Source: an uncultured Verrucomicrobiae bacterium (GTDB taxonomy: Bacteria > Verrucomicrobiota > Verrucomicrobiia > Chthoniobacterales > UBA10450). From it: 64,000 bases of DNA. The stretch is taken from NCBI GenBank assembly GCA_963801815.1, contig CAWDGJ010000003.1, positions 480,001-544,000 of the forward strand. Direction: 5' to 3'. The translations under genes were made by a program, and so were the position numbers. The notes under the pieces are model-generated. The model saw only the letters and a list, made by a program, of their open reading frames with translations, did no database searches and was not told where the DNA came from. The stretch's first letter is position 1. Each line of letters opens with the position of its first letter. This document shows, one piece after another, positions 21,359 through 29,338 of this stretch.

Positions 21359-22425
21359 ATCTTTTTTGCGTTGGGCTCAGTCATCACAGCGCGGACGTTG
21401 AAACCCTCGAACGTTTCGGGGGCAATGCGGAAATCGATCGTCTTTTAAAAAGCTCGGGATGTGCTGAAGCGCTTTTACTTGCTACGTGTAACCGGGTCGA
21501 AGTTTATGGCGCATCGGAATCGCGCGTTTCCACCCTAGAGATCGCTCGTTGCCTCGACCGCAAAATCGACAGTCATGTTTCACCTGAATCTGCACCGTTT
21601 TATCGATACGAAGATGCGCAATGCGTTCGGCACTTGTTTCGGGTGGTCTGCGGGATCGATTCGATGGTCATCGGCGAGACCGAAATTCTCGGGCAGGCAA
21701 AGAAGGCGTACGAGGCTGCGCGTTCGGCCAGCTCGGCAGGACGATATCTGCATCGATTGTTTCAGCGTGCCTTCCGTGTGGCTAAACACGTTCGCACCCA
21801 CACTGAAATCACCCGCGGCACGGTCTCGGTCGGTTCCGTGGCGATCGATCTTGCCCAGAGAATCTTTGGCGATCTTCGCATCTGCAAGGTCCTCGTGCTC
21901 GGCGCCGGCGAAACCAGCGAAAAGACGGCGCGCGCTTTGGTTTCACGCGGCGTCAGCGATCTGCGAATTAGCAATCGTTCCGGTGAACGCGCGGAAAATC
22001 TCGCGCAATTGACCGCCGCGCGCGTTGTTCCGTTCGAGGCCTGGTCCACTGAATGTCGCGAAGTGGATATCTTGATAGCGTCGACCTCATCCGAGGTGCC
22101 GTTGCTTTCGCGAACCGAACTCGAACCGATGTTGCGTGAGCGGATCGATCGCCCACTGTTCATCATCGACATCGCCGTTCCGCGCAACGTTAATGCTGAT
22201 GTCGATGATCTCGACGGCGTTTATCTTTACGACATCGACTCGCTGCAATCGATCGCCGAACAATCACTCACCATGCGCCGCGAACAGATTGCCGCGGCCG
22301 AGCAGATCATCGCTGAACACGTAGCCGAATTTGATGAATCAATTGCCCGAGGGTTGAGTCGGGTTTCACAGAGGCCGGAACATTCGGCGGTGGATGAGAG
22401 TTCAATGCGGACATCGGAACTCTAA
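21355..22425 (+). CDS. hemA: Glutamyl-tRNA reductase
   Basis: GLSH, TCNRVE, DSMVIGETEILGQ, GAGE, DIAVPRNV. Confidence 0.96.
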   Translation: MNLFCVGLSHHSADVETLERFGGNAEIDRLLKSSGCAEALLLATCNRVEVYGASESRVSTLEIARCLDRKIDSHVSPESAPFYRYEDAQCVRHLFRVVCGIDSMVIGETEILGQAKKAYEAARSASSAGRYLHRLFQRAFRVAKHVRTHTEITRGTVSVGSVAIDLAQRIFGDLRICKVLVLGAGETSEKTARALVSRGVSDLRISNRSGERAENLAQLTAARVVPFEAWSTECREVDILIASTSSEVPLLSRTELEPMLRERIDRPLFIIDIAVPRNVNADVDDLDGVYLYDIDSLQSIAEQSLTMRREQIAAAEQIIAEHVAEFDESIARGLSRVSQRPEHSAVDESSMRTSEL

Positions 22426-22472
22426 GCGACACACCGATTTGTCGACGTAATTGGATGCACCGTCACGTTGCT

Positions 22473-22498
22473 TGCGACGGCACCGGACCGCCGCTACA
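22473..22498. repeat. GTAG-type REP palindrome, family A copy 2
   Basis: Reverse complement TGTAGCGGCGGTCCGGTGCCGTCGCA matches 6452-6477. Confidence 0.65.
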
Positions 22499-22510
22499 GA
22501 AACAGCAGCC

Positions 22511-23446
22511 ATGACGCGTCCACCCCGCATCAAGATCGTGATCGGGACGCGTGGGAGCAAACTGGCACTCACTCAGACGGAAATGGTCGTCGAGAAATTG
22601 CAGACGCGTTGGGCGGACTTGAACTTTGAAATCAAAGTGATCAAGACGCGCGGTGACGATTCGAAGACGGCCATTACCGACGTTCGCGCCGGACGAAAAG
22701 GGCTCTTTACCGGCGCGATCGAGCGCGAGCTGATTCAGAAGGAAATCAATCTTGCGATTCACAGTGCGAAGGATTTGCCGAGTACCTTAGCGCCTAAAAC
22801 GGAGATCGCTGCGGTGCTGCCACGTGCCGCGGTCGATGATGTATTGGTGGCGACGACGCCGTGTGACCTAGCATCGCTTCCCGCGGACGGAATCGTGGCC
22901 ACCGGCAGTGTCCGACGACAGCATCAGCTTCGCTGGAAACGGCCGGACCTGGAGATTGTCGATCTTCGAGGCAATGTGCCGACGCGTCTGCAAAAACTGG
23001 CCAGCGATCAATGGCATGCGATTATTCTTGCGAATGCGGGTTTGCAGCGGCTCGAATTGAATTCAAGCGAGCAGGGGATCGAGTTCGAAGGAAACAAGTT
23101 CTTTACGGCAATGCTTCCACTCGAGATTTTTGTTCCGGCCGGCGGGCAAGGTATCATTGGAATGCAAATTTGCTCCGACAACGAGCAGCTCAGAGAAATT
23201 GTGGAAGCGATTAGTGATTTTGATACGCGGCTGAGCTTGCGCGCCGAACGTGAGTTCTTGCGATTGTTGCATGCGGATTGCAATCAACCGGTCGGCGTGC
23301 TGGCAACAGTCAAAGGAGCATTGATGAAGATTCGCGCGCAAATCTTCGATGTTGGAGCGACGACGCCGCGACAAGGCGTTATCGAAGGGCCGAGCGAAGA
23401 CGCGGAACGACTCGCGGCGGAGCTTCTGCAACAAATCAATGGCTGA
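22511..23446 (+). CDS. hemC: Hydroxymethylbilane synthase
   Basis: GTRGSKLA, KGLFT, HSAKDLP, TGSVRR, RGNV.TRL, PAGGQG, ER......DC. Confidence 0.96.
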   Translation: MTRPPRIKIVIGTRGSKLALTQTEMVVEKLQTRWADLNFEIKVIKTRGDDSKTAITDVRAGRKGLFTGAIERELIQKEINLAIHSAKDLPSTLAPKTEIAAVLPRAAVDDVLVATTPCDLASLPADGIVATGSVRRQHQLRWKRPDLEIVDLRGNVPTRLQKLASDQWHAIILANAGLQRLELNSSEQGIEFEGNKFFTAMLPLEIFVPAGGQGIIGMQICSDNEQLREIVEAISDFDTRLSLRAEREFLRLLHADCNQPVGVLATVKGALMKIRAQIFDVGATTPRQGVIEGPSEDAERLAAELLQQING

Positions 23447-24971
23447 CAAAAAACAGAGTGGAAAAGTCTATCTGGTTGGCGCGGGACCGGGCGATCTCGG
23501 ATTGGTCACCTTGCGCGCGAAAGAGTGCATCGAGAACGCGGAAGTCATTGTTTACGATCATCTGGCGAACCCCGAAATACTTGGCTGGGCGCGCGATGAC
23601 GCAGAGATCATTTACGCGGGAAAGAGAGCTGGCGAGCACGCGTTGAAGCAGGTCGAAATTAACAACTTGATCGTCGAAAAAGGGCGCGCGGGAAAAAACG
23701 TTGTTCGTTTAAAAGGCGGGGATCCGTTTGTTTTTGGGCGCGGCGCGGAAGAAGCGAAGGCGATTGTCGATGCGGGCGTCCCCTTTGAAGTTGTCCCCGG
23801 AATTACGTCAGCGATCGCCGGCCCGGCCTATGCCGGGATTCCGGTAACACATCGCGCGGAGAATTCGCACGTTACATTTTTCACCGGTCACGAGGACCCA
23901 TCGAAATCTGAGAGCGCGATTGATTATGCGGCGCTGGCGAAATTGGGTGGAACGCAGGTGATGCTGATGGGCGTAGAGCGAATCGACCCGATCACGCGCG
24001 AGATGATGGCGAAGGGCGTGCGTCGCGATCTTCCGGTGGCGCTGGTTCGCTGGGCAACGACTGGCCGGCAGCAAACGCTTACGGGGACGCTCGAGAACAT
24101 CGCCCAGCGCATGATTGAAGCAGGATTCGAAGCGCCGGCGGTCGCAGTGTTCGGCGACGTAGTTGCGTTGCGCAAGGACCTAAATTGGTACGAACAGCGG
24201 CCGCTGTCTGGAAAACGGATCGTGGTCACGCGCACACGGAAACAAGCGGGCGCGCTCACCAGTCAACTGCGCTCGCTCGGTGCCGACGTCATCGAATTAC
24301 CGACGATTCGGATTGAACCACCAACCGATTTACGCGAATTCGGCGAGCTTGTTCAAGACGCGCATCTCTACGACTGGATCGTGTTTACAAGTCCCAACGG
24401 CGTCGATGCGTTCTTCGAAATGTTCTTCAAACTTTACGACGACGCGCGCGAGATCGGCGGTGCAAAGATCGCGGCCATCGGGGCGGCTACCGCTCAGCGG
24501 GTGCGAGAATATCACTTACACGTCGATCTTCAGCCGGACGAATTTGTCGCTGAGGCCGTCGTTCGCGAATTTCAGAGACAAGGCGGAGTGGAAAACTTGC
24601 GAATCCTTCTCCCCCGCGCGCAAAAGGCGCGGGACGTGCTACCGAGGGAGCTGTCGAAGCTGGGAGCGATTGTCGATGAAGCATTTGCCTACCGAACTGT
24701 TCCGGAGACGCGCGACGTTACCGGCGCGCGCCGCCGTTTTTTGGATGAGGGGGCCGATTTGATCACCTTCACCAGTTCTTCCACGGTGGAAAATTTTCTC
24801 GCGCTGGGCTTGGCCTGGCCAAAAGGAATGCGTGTGGCGAGTATCGGACCGATTACTTCGAAAACCGCTCGCGATCACGGATTGAAAGTCGACATCGAAG
24901 CGCGACGCCACGACATCGACGGTTTGGTCGAAGCAATTAGAAAATTTTTTATGGCGGAGAAACCGGAGTGA
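23439..24971 (+). CDS. cobA: Fused uroporphyrinogen-III C-methyltransferase / uroporphyrinogen-III synthase (CobA-HemD)
   Basis: LVGAGPGD, RLKGGDP, VPGITS; then VVTR, FTSPNGV, FTSSSTV, SIGP.T. Confidence 0.95.
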   Translation: MADKKQSGKVYLVGAGPGDLGLVTLRAKECIENAEVIVYDHLANPEILGWARDDAEIIYAGKRAGEHALKQVEINNLIVEKGRAGKNVVRLKGGDPFVFGRGAEEAKAIVDAGVPFEVVPGITSAIAGPAYAGIPVTHRAENSHVTFFTGHEDPSKSESAIDYAALAKLGGTQVMLMGVERIDPITREMMAKGVRRDLPVALVRWATTGRQQTLTGTLENIAQRMIEAGFEAPAVAVFGDVVALRKDLNWYEQRPLSGKRIVVTRTRKQAGALTSQLRSLGADVIELPTIRIEPPTDLREFGELVQDAHLYDWIVFTSPNGVDAFFEMFFKLYDDAREIGGAKIAAIGAATAQRVREYHLHVDLQPDEFVAEAVVREFQRQGGVENLRILLPRAQKARDVLPRELSKLGAIVDEAFAYRTVPETRDVTGARRRFLDEGADLITFTSSSTVENFLALGLAWPKGMRVASIGPITSKTARDHGLKVDIEARRHDIDGLVEAIRKFFMAEKPE

Positions 24972-25624
24972 ACAAAGCGATCCCGACCGAACAAGATTTC
25001 ACGGTGGCGATGCAGCAATTAAGTGCTGAAGCTGAGAAGGTGCTGACACCGCCGGGGGGGATTGTTAATGATGGGGCGCTACCGGGCCCCGCCAACATTG
25101 CCGAAAGCGTTCGGTCGCTGGAAAAAGCGCTGTTGGGCCGGCTTGACCAATTCTCCGGCGAGATCGACAAACAATTGGCGCTGATCCGCAACACGGAAAG
25201 TGTGAATCAGCAGCTCTTCGATTCACTTCACGCGGAGTTGCTCAAATATCGCGATAATTTTTTGCACGAGTCGCTCCAAAAGCCGTTCATTCACGATCTG
25301 GTTTATCTCTACGACCATCTCAACGGATTGTGTGAGCAACTCTCCATCGCTGCCGAGGAAAAAGGCAAACGCAGCCCTGTCTCCCAATGGCGTGATAATC
25401 TTGAAAACGCCATTGACTCGTTGGTCGAAATTCTTCATCGGTTCGAGGTCCGCGAGATTGAACCTCGGGAACGGGTCGACCGCGCCTATCACCGTGTGAC
25501 CAGTTTCGAGCCGGCGGAATTTCCCGAAGAAGACGGCACGATAGTCATGCGATTGAAGCGCGGATTTGTCTGGCGCGGCAAGTTGATTCGTCCCGAAGAA
25601 GTTATCGCAAAGCGCTTTGGCTGA
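24968..25624 (+). CDS. GrpE-like nucleotide exchange factor
   Basis: Long helical segment, then V.EI.P...D...H...DGTIV..LKRGF..RGKLIRP..V, resembling the GrpE beta domain; GTG overlaps hemD stop. Confidence 0.8.
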   Translation: MNKAIPTEQDFTVAMQQLSAEAEKVLTPPGGIVNDGALPGPANIAESVRSLEKALLGRLDQFSGEIDKQLALIRNTESVNQQLFDSLHAELLKYRDNFLHESLQKPFIHDLVYLYDHLNGLCEQLSIAAEEKGKRSPVSQWRDNLENAIDSLVEILHRFEVREIEPRERVDRAYHRVTSFEPAEFPEEDGTIVMRLKRGFVWRGKLIRPEEVIAKRFG

Positions 25625-25742
25625 GGGCAGTTCAGGGTGGTCAATCTAGCGCTCTAGTTGACAAGAATTTCGTTCCGCAATGGGGCACGAAAGCTGCACT
25701 AGAAACACCCCGCCGAAGCCAAGCAATCGCCCAAATTTTGTC

Positions 25743-27305
25743 ATGAGTACACGCAAAGTAGTTGGAATTGACCTCGGGACCACTTTTTCGGCCATCGCGC
25801 ACATCGATAACTACGGGAAACCGCAAATCATCCCGAATAGCGAGACCGAACGAATTACGCCTTCGGTGATTTTTTTCGACGGTACAAACGTCATTGTTGG
25901 CACGGTGGCGAAAAACAACGCGGTGGCGGAACCGGAGAAGATTGTCGATTTCGTGAAACGCGAAATGGGTAAGCCGAAGGACCAGTTTCATCGCGAATTT
26001 GGTCGCAAGATTTTTTCGGCCGAAGAGCTCTCCGCGGTCATCATGAAGAAACTCAAAGCCGACGCGGAAAAATATCTCGAGCAACCGATAACGGACGCGG
26101 TCATCACGGTGCCGGCGTATTTCAATGATGCTGAGCGTACGGCGACCATCACGGCTGGCCGGCTTGCAGGTCTAAACGTTCTCCAGATCATTAATGAGCC
26201 AACTGCCGCCGCTCTCGCGTACGGACTCGACAAACTCGACGAGAACCAAACCGTTTTCGTTTTCGACCTCGGTGGCGGCACGTTCGACGTGACCATCATG
26301 CGTATCGTCGACCACAAAATTGAGATGATCGCGACGAATGGTGATCATCGTTTGGGCGGCAAAGATTGGGACGATGTGATTGTCAACATGATCGCAGAAG
26401 AGTTCGATCGCCTTCACGGTGAGAACCCGCTTCTGGACTTGCACAGCTATCAAGACCTTCACAACCGCGCGTTGTCGGCCAAGATCCAACTCTCCAGCCG
26501 CAACAGCACGACGATTGTTTATCACCACGGCGGCAAGAGCGTGAAATTGACGCTGACCCGCAAAGATTTTGAAATGCGCACCCGCCATTTGGTCGAGAAG
26601 TGTAAGACCATTTGTGAAATGGTGATGCAGGAAGCGAGATTGAAATGGGACAACATCGACAAGGTGCTTCTTGCCGGCGGCATGACACGGATGCCGATGA
26701 TTCGCGCGATGATCTCGAGTTTTTCTTCGGTGCCGATGATCGATCAGCTGAATCCCGACGAAGTCGTTGCTCGCGGCGCTGCAATCCAGGGCGTCTTGTC
26801 GATTTTAAACGAGGAAAATGTTTCCGGGGAAAAGACGATCAGCGACGCGGTTCGCCAGCAATTTTCCGCACTCGACGGCAGCTTGATTGAAGTTACCGAC
26901 ATCACTTCTCACACGCTTGGCGTAGTGCTTTGGGATGAAAAACATCTTCAGGAATACGTGTTTCCGATGATTCGCAAGATGACGCCGATTCCCGCGGTCA
27001 TGAAGAATTCTTTCGGCACTGCCGATGCCAATATGCAACACGCGGTCGTGAAAGTTGTGGAAGGTGAGAGCAGCATCCCGGCCGAATGCACGTCACTCGG
27101 ACTTTGCGACATTCAGCTTCCGCCCTATCTGCCGAAAGGCTCGCCGGTGAGACTCACCTATGAGTACAACGCCAATCAGGTGTTGGAGGTGCAAGTAGAA
27201 GCAGCGGGCAACAACGCTCAGGTGACGATCGACCGCAATACGGGTTTGGCGCCGCAGGACATCAATCAGGCCGCCTCGGGATTGGGCGAGCTCAATGTCA
27301 CTTAG
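25743..27305 (+). CDS. Hsp70/DnaK-family paralog lacking the C-terminal helical lid
   Basis: GIDLGTT, ITVPAYF, NEPTAAA, DLGGGTFD, LGG.D.D, GG.TR.P, NPDE.VA.GAA; about 520 aa. Confidence 0.93.
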   Translation: MSTRKVVGIDLGTTFSAIAHIDNYGKPQIIPNSETERITPSVIFFDGTNVIVGTVAKNNAVAEPEKIVDFVKREMGKPKDQFHREFGRKIFSAEELSAVIMKKLKADAEKYLEQPITDAVITVPAYFNDAERTATITAGRLAGLNVLQIINEPTAAALAYGLDKLDENQTVFVFDLGGGTFDVTIMRIVDHKIEMIATNGDHRLGGKDWDDVIVNMIAEEFDRLHGENPLLDLHSYQDLHNRALSAKIQLSSRNSTTIVYHHGGKSVKLTLTRKDFEMRTRHLVEKCKTICEMVMQEARLKWDNIDKVLLAGGMTRMPMIRAMISSFSSVPMIDQLNPDEVVARGAAIQGVLSILNEENVSGEKTISDAVRQQFSALDGSLIEVTDITSHTLGVVLWDEKHLQEYVFPMIRKMTPIPAVMKNSFGTADANMQHAVVKVVEGESSIPAECTSLGLCDIQLPPYLPKGSPVRLTYEYNANQVLEVQVEAAGNNAQVTIDRNTGLAPQDINQAASGLGELNVT

Positions 27306-27308
27306 GCG

Positions 27309-28910
27309 ATGACCAAGTGCGACATCAGCTTCCCACTTCCACTCCCAGATAACCCGCGAAAGTGGCAGGGGTGGAATAATTATCGCTCGCCGAATTACTA
27401 TGAGCGGTTGTGTCTCGATCCGTATTCCAATCCAAGCAACGAGTTGATCGAGGAACACTGCCGCGAGTTGATGCGCTGGTGGCAAAAGAAATTGCCGCTC
27501 AAGAATCAACCGAGCAATCCGCTGGCCCAAATGCTTTGGTCCGGCCTGGAAGATTCCTCGCGTTTCTTGACCGAAGCGCGTCTGGAGCTTCTCGATCCGG
27601 ACCGGCGCAAATTGATCGATGAACAATTGGCTGCGGAGCAGCACGAAGCCGCCGTATCTGAATTTCGAAAGTATCTCGAGTTCGCGCTGACAGGCGGCGT
27701 CTTAAACCCGGAAGAGGAAAAAAATCTGGTGCGCTTCGGGACCGAACAGGCCCTGTCTACGGCAGAGATAGATTCGTTGATTGAAGACGGACTGCGCGAG
27801 AGTGGGGCCAAACGTGCCACACCTCCTTCGCCGTCGACCCATTTGTCGCAACTGGCTCCGCCCTCGGCGGCGTCCGCAAATCCGCAGGAAGAATTTCTGC
27901 GAATGCTCCGCCTGAGCAACCTCGAGAGCACGAGCATGAGCGACGATCAGCGCGACACCTTTATCGACATGGCTGAAAATCTCGGACTCGATCCGGGCGA
28001 AGCGGAAGATCTTGTCGATCTATACCTGGAAGAAGCGGACGAGAAGGCGCTCGCACTGATGGAAAAACCCGCACCGAAAATCGAACTGAAGCAAGCGCCC
28101 GCGTCACCACCGGTTCAAGAAAGATCGGCGCCAGTCAAATTCGAGTACAACGCAGACCTGGAACGCGCCCGGTATAGCAATTTCACAAACTCATTGGCAG
28201 CGACCATGATCTTTGTGCCGTCAGCGGAATTTACCATGGGAAGCGATGCCGAAGACGCTTCGCCAAATGAGCAGCCAACTGCGCATGTAACCGTCACGCG
28301 TTTTTACATTTCGCGCCATTTGATTACGAACGTGGACTACGAGCAGTTCGACCGCTCGCACGCGTGCAAGCGCGCCCAAGGCGCGAGCGATCAACACCCC
28401 GTCGTGTATGTCAGTAGTTTGGACGCGATCAAGTTTTGCAACTGGTTGAGCACGCGCGAACGCCGCAAGTATCGGCTCCCAACCGAAGCGGAATGGGAAT
28501 ACGCTGCGAAAGGGAGTGACAATCGTAAATTTCCCTGGGGCAGTCAGGATGGCCGAGGCGACCTGGCGAACTTTGCTGACAAAAACACCGTGTTTGCGTG
28601 GAGCGACCACGAGATTGATTGCGGTTACGCCGAAACGTCGCCGGTTGGCGCTTTTCCACTCGGAGCCAGTCCGTTCGGGCTCGAAGATATGGCCGGAAAC
28701 ACTTGGGAGTGGTGTCTCGACTATTATGAGCCGTACCGTCCGGGTCCCAAAGTGAACCCGCGCGGACCGACCATCGGGGCCAAGCGCGTTTACCGCGGCG
28801 GCAGTTGGAAATCGCGCTTTAGCAGCCTGCGCACGACGGTGCGCGGTTCGAATGTTCCCAGCTTTTCGTGTAACGATCTCGGCTTCCGGATTGTTTGCGA
28901 ATGCGACTAA
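27309..28910 (+). CDS. J-like domain + TerB-like helical repeats + FGE/SUMF1 (C-type lectin fold) domain protein
   Basis: NYYERLCL...EARLELLDPDRRKLID; C-terminal F.MGS, ITN..Y..F, RLPTEAEWEYAA, DMAGN.WEWC, RGGSW, GFR. Confidence 0.85.
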   Translation: MTKCDISFPLPLPDNPRKWQGWNNYRSPNYYERLCLDPYSNPSNELIEEHCRELMRWWQKKLPLKNQPSNPLAQMLWSGLEDSSRFLTEARLELLDPDRRKLIDEQLAAEQHEAAVSEFRKYLEFALTGGVLNPEEEKNLVRFGTEQALSTAEIDSLIEDGLRESGAKRATPPSPSTHLSQLAPPSAASANPQEEFLRMLRLSNLESTSMSDDQRDTFIDMAENLGLDPGEAEDLVDLYLEEADEKALALMEKPAPKIELKQAPASPPVQERSAPVKFEYNADLERARYSNFTNSLAATMIFVPSAEFTMGSDAEDASPNEQPTAHVTVTRFYISRHLITNVDYEQFDRSHACKRAQGASDQHPVVYVSSLDAIKFCNWLSTRERRKYRLPTEAEWEYAAKGSDNRKFPWGSQDGRGDLANFADKNTVFAWSDHEIDCGYAETSPVGAFPLGASPFGLEDMAGNTWEWCLDYYEPYRPGPKVNPRGPTIGAKRVYRGGSWKSRFSSLRTTVRGSNVPSFSCNDLGFRIVCECD

Positions 28911-29017
28911 CTAATCATCGGAGAACAAGAAACCGATGTCCGGTCGCCCGCGGGCGATGATTGCGTCAACGAATCTTTCGCGTCTCCGCTCTGGGCTTCC
29001 GCTTTCCGGTATCGATA

Positions 29018-29212
29018 TTACGGATTAAAGCGGAACTTCGTCCGGCCGCGCTTGGCGTTCGCTTTCATTTTGCGGCGGTGCTTCTGCGAAGGCGTTTCGA
29101 AAGCGCGTAGACGGCGCACTTCCTCAAGGATCCCCTCGGCATCCAGTTTGTTCTTCAGCCGCTTCAACGCGCGATCGACTGGCTCACCTTTACGAACGAG
29201 TACTTCTGGCAT
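29018..29212 (-). CDS. rpsU: 30S ribosomal protein S21
   Basis: MPEVLVRKGEPVDRALKRLK...FETPS. Confidence 0.93.
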   Translation of the reverse strand: MPEVLVRKGEPVDRALKRLKNKLDAEGILEEVRRLRAFETPSQKHRRKMKANAKRGRTKFRFNP

Positions 29213-29292
29213 CAATAATCAACTCCTGATCTGCAAATTTTGTGCCCGACGGGTCCGCCTTCGCAAAAGCTACGGCGTGACGGGCGAGGCCG

Positions 29293-29321
29293 ACCCTAAG
29301 CGGGGTAGTGGGTTCCGTCAA
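29293..29321 (-). promoter_or_regulatory. Putative sigma70 promoter for rpsU
   Basis: TTGACG-17 nt-TAGGGT on minus strand. Confidence 0.5.
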
Positions 29322-29338
29322 ATCGCGCCAGTTTTGGC

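Noticed and set aside
25658..25690. Heat-shock promoter or CIRCE before the Hsp70 paralog
   Set aside because: TTGACA is present but has no properly spaced -10, and there is no TTAGCACTC-N9-GAGTGCTAA
28700..28910. FGE/CLec-fold C-terminus as a diversity-generating retroelement target
   Set aside because: No reverse transcriptase and no near-identical template repeat seen in the window; a remote DGR cannot be excluded
28911..29017. Structured ncRNA in the convergent spacer after the FGE gene
   Set aside because: Short alternative hairpins are present but match no family I recognise; could simply be a terminator region
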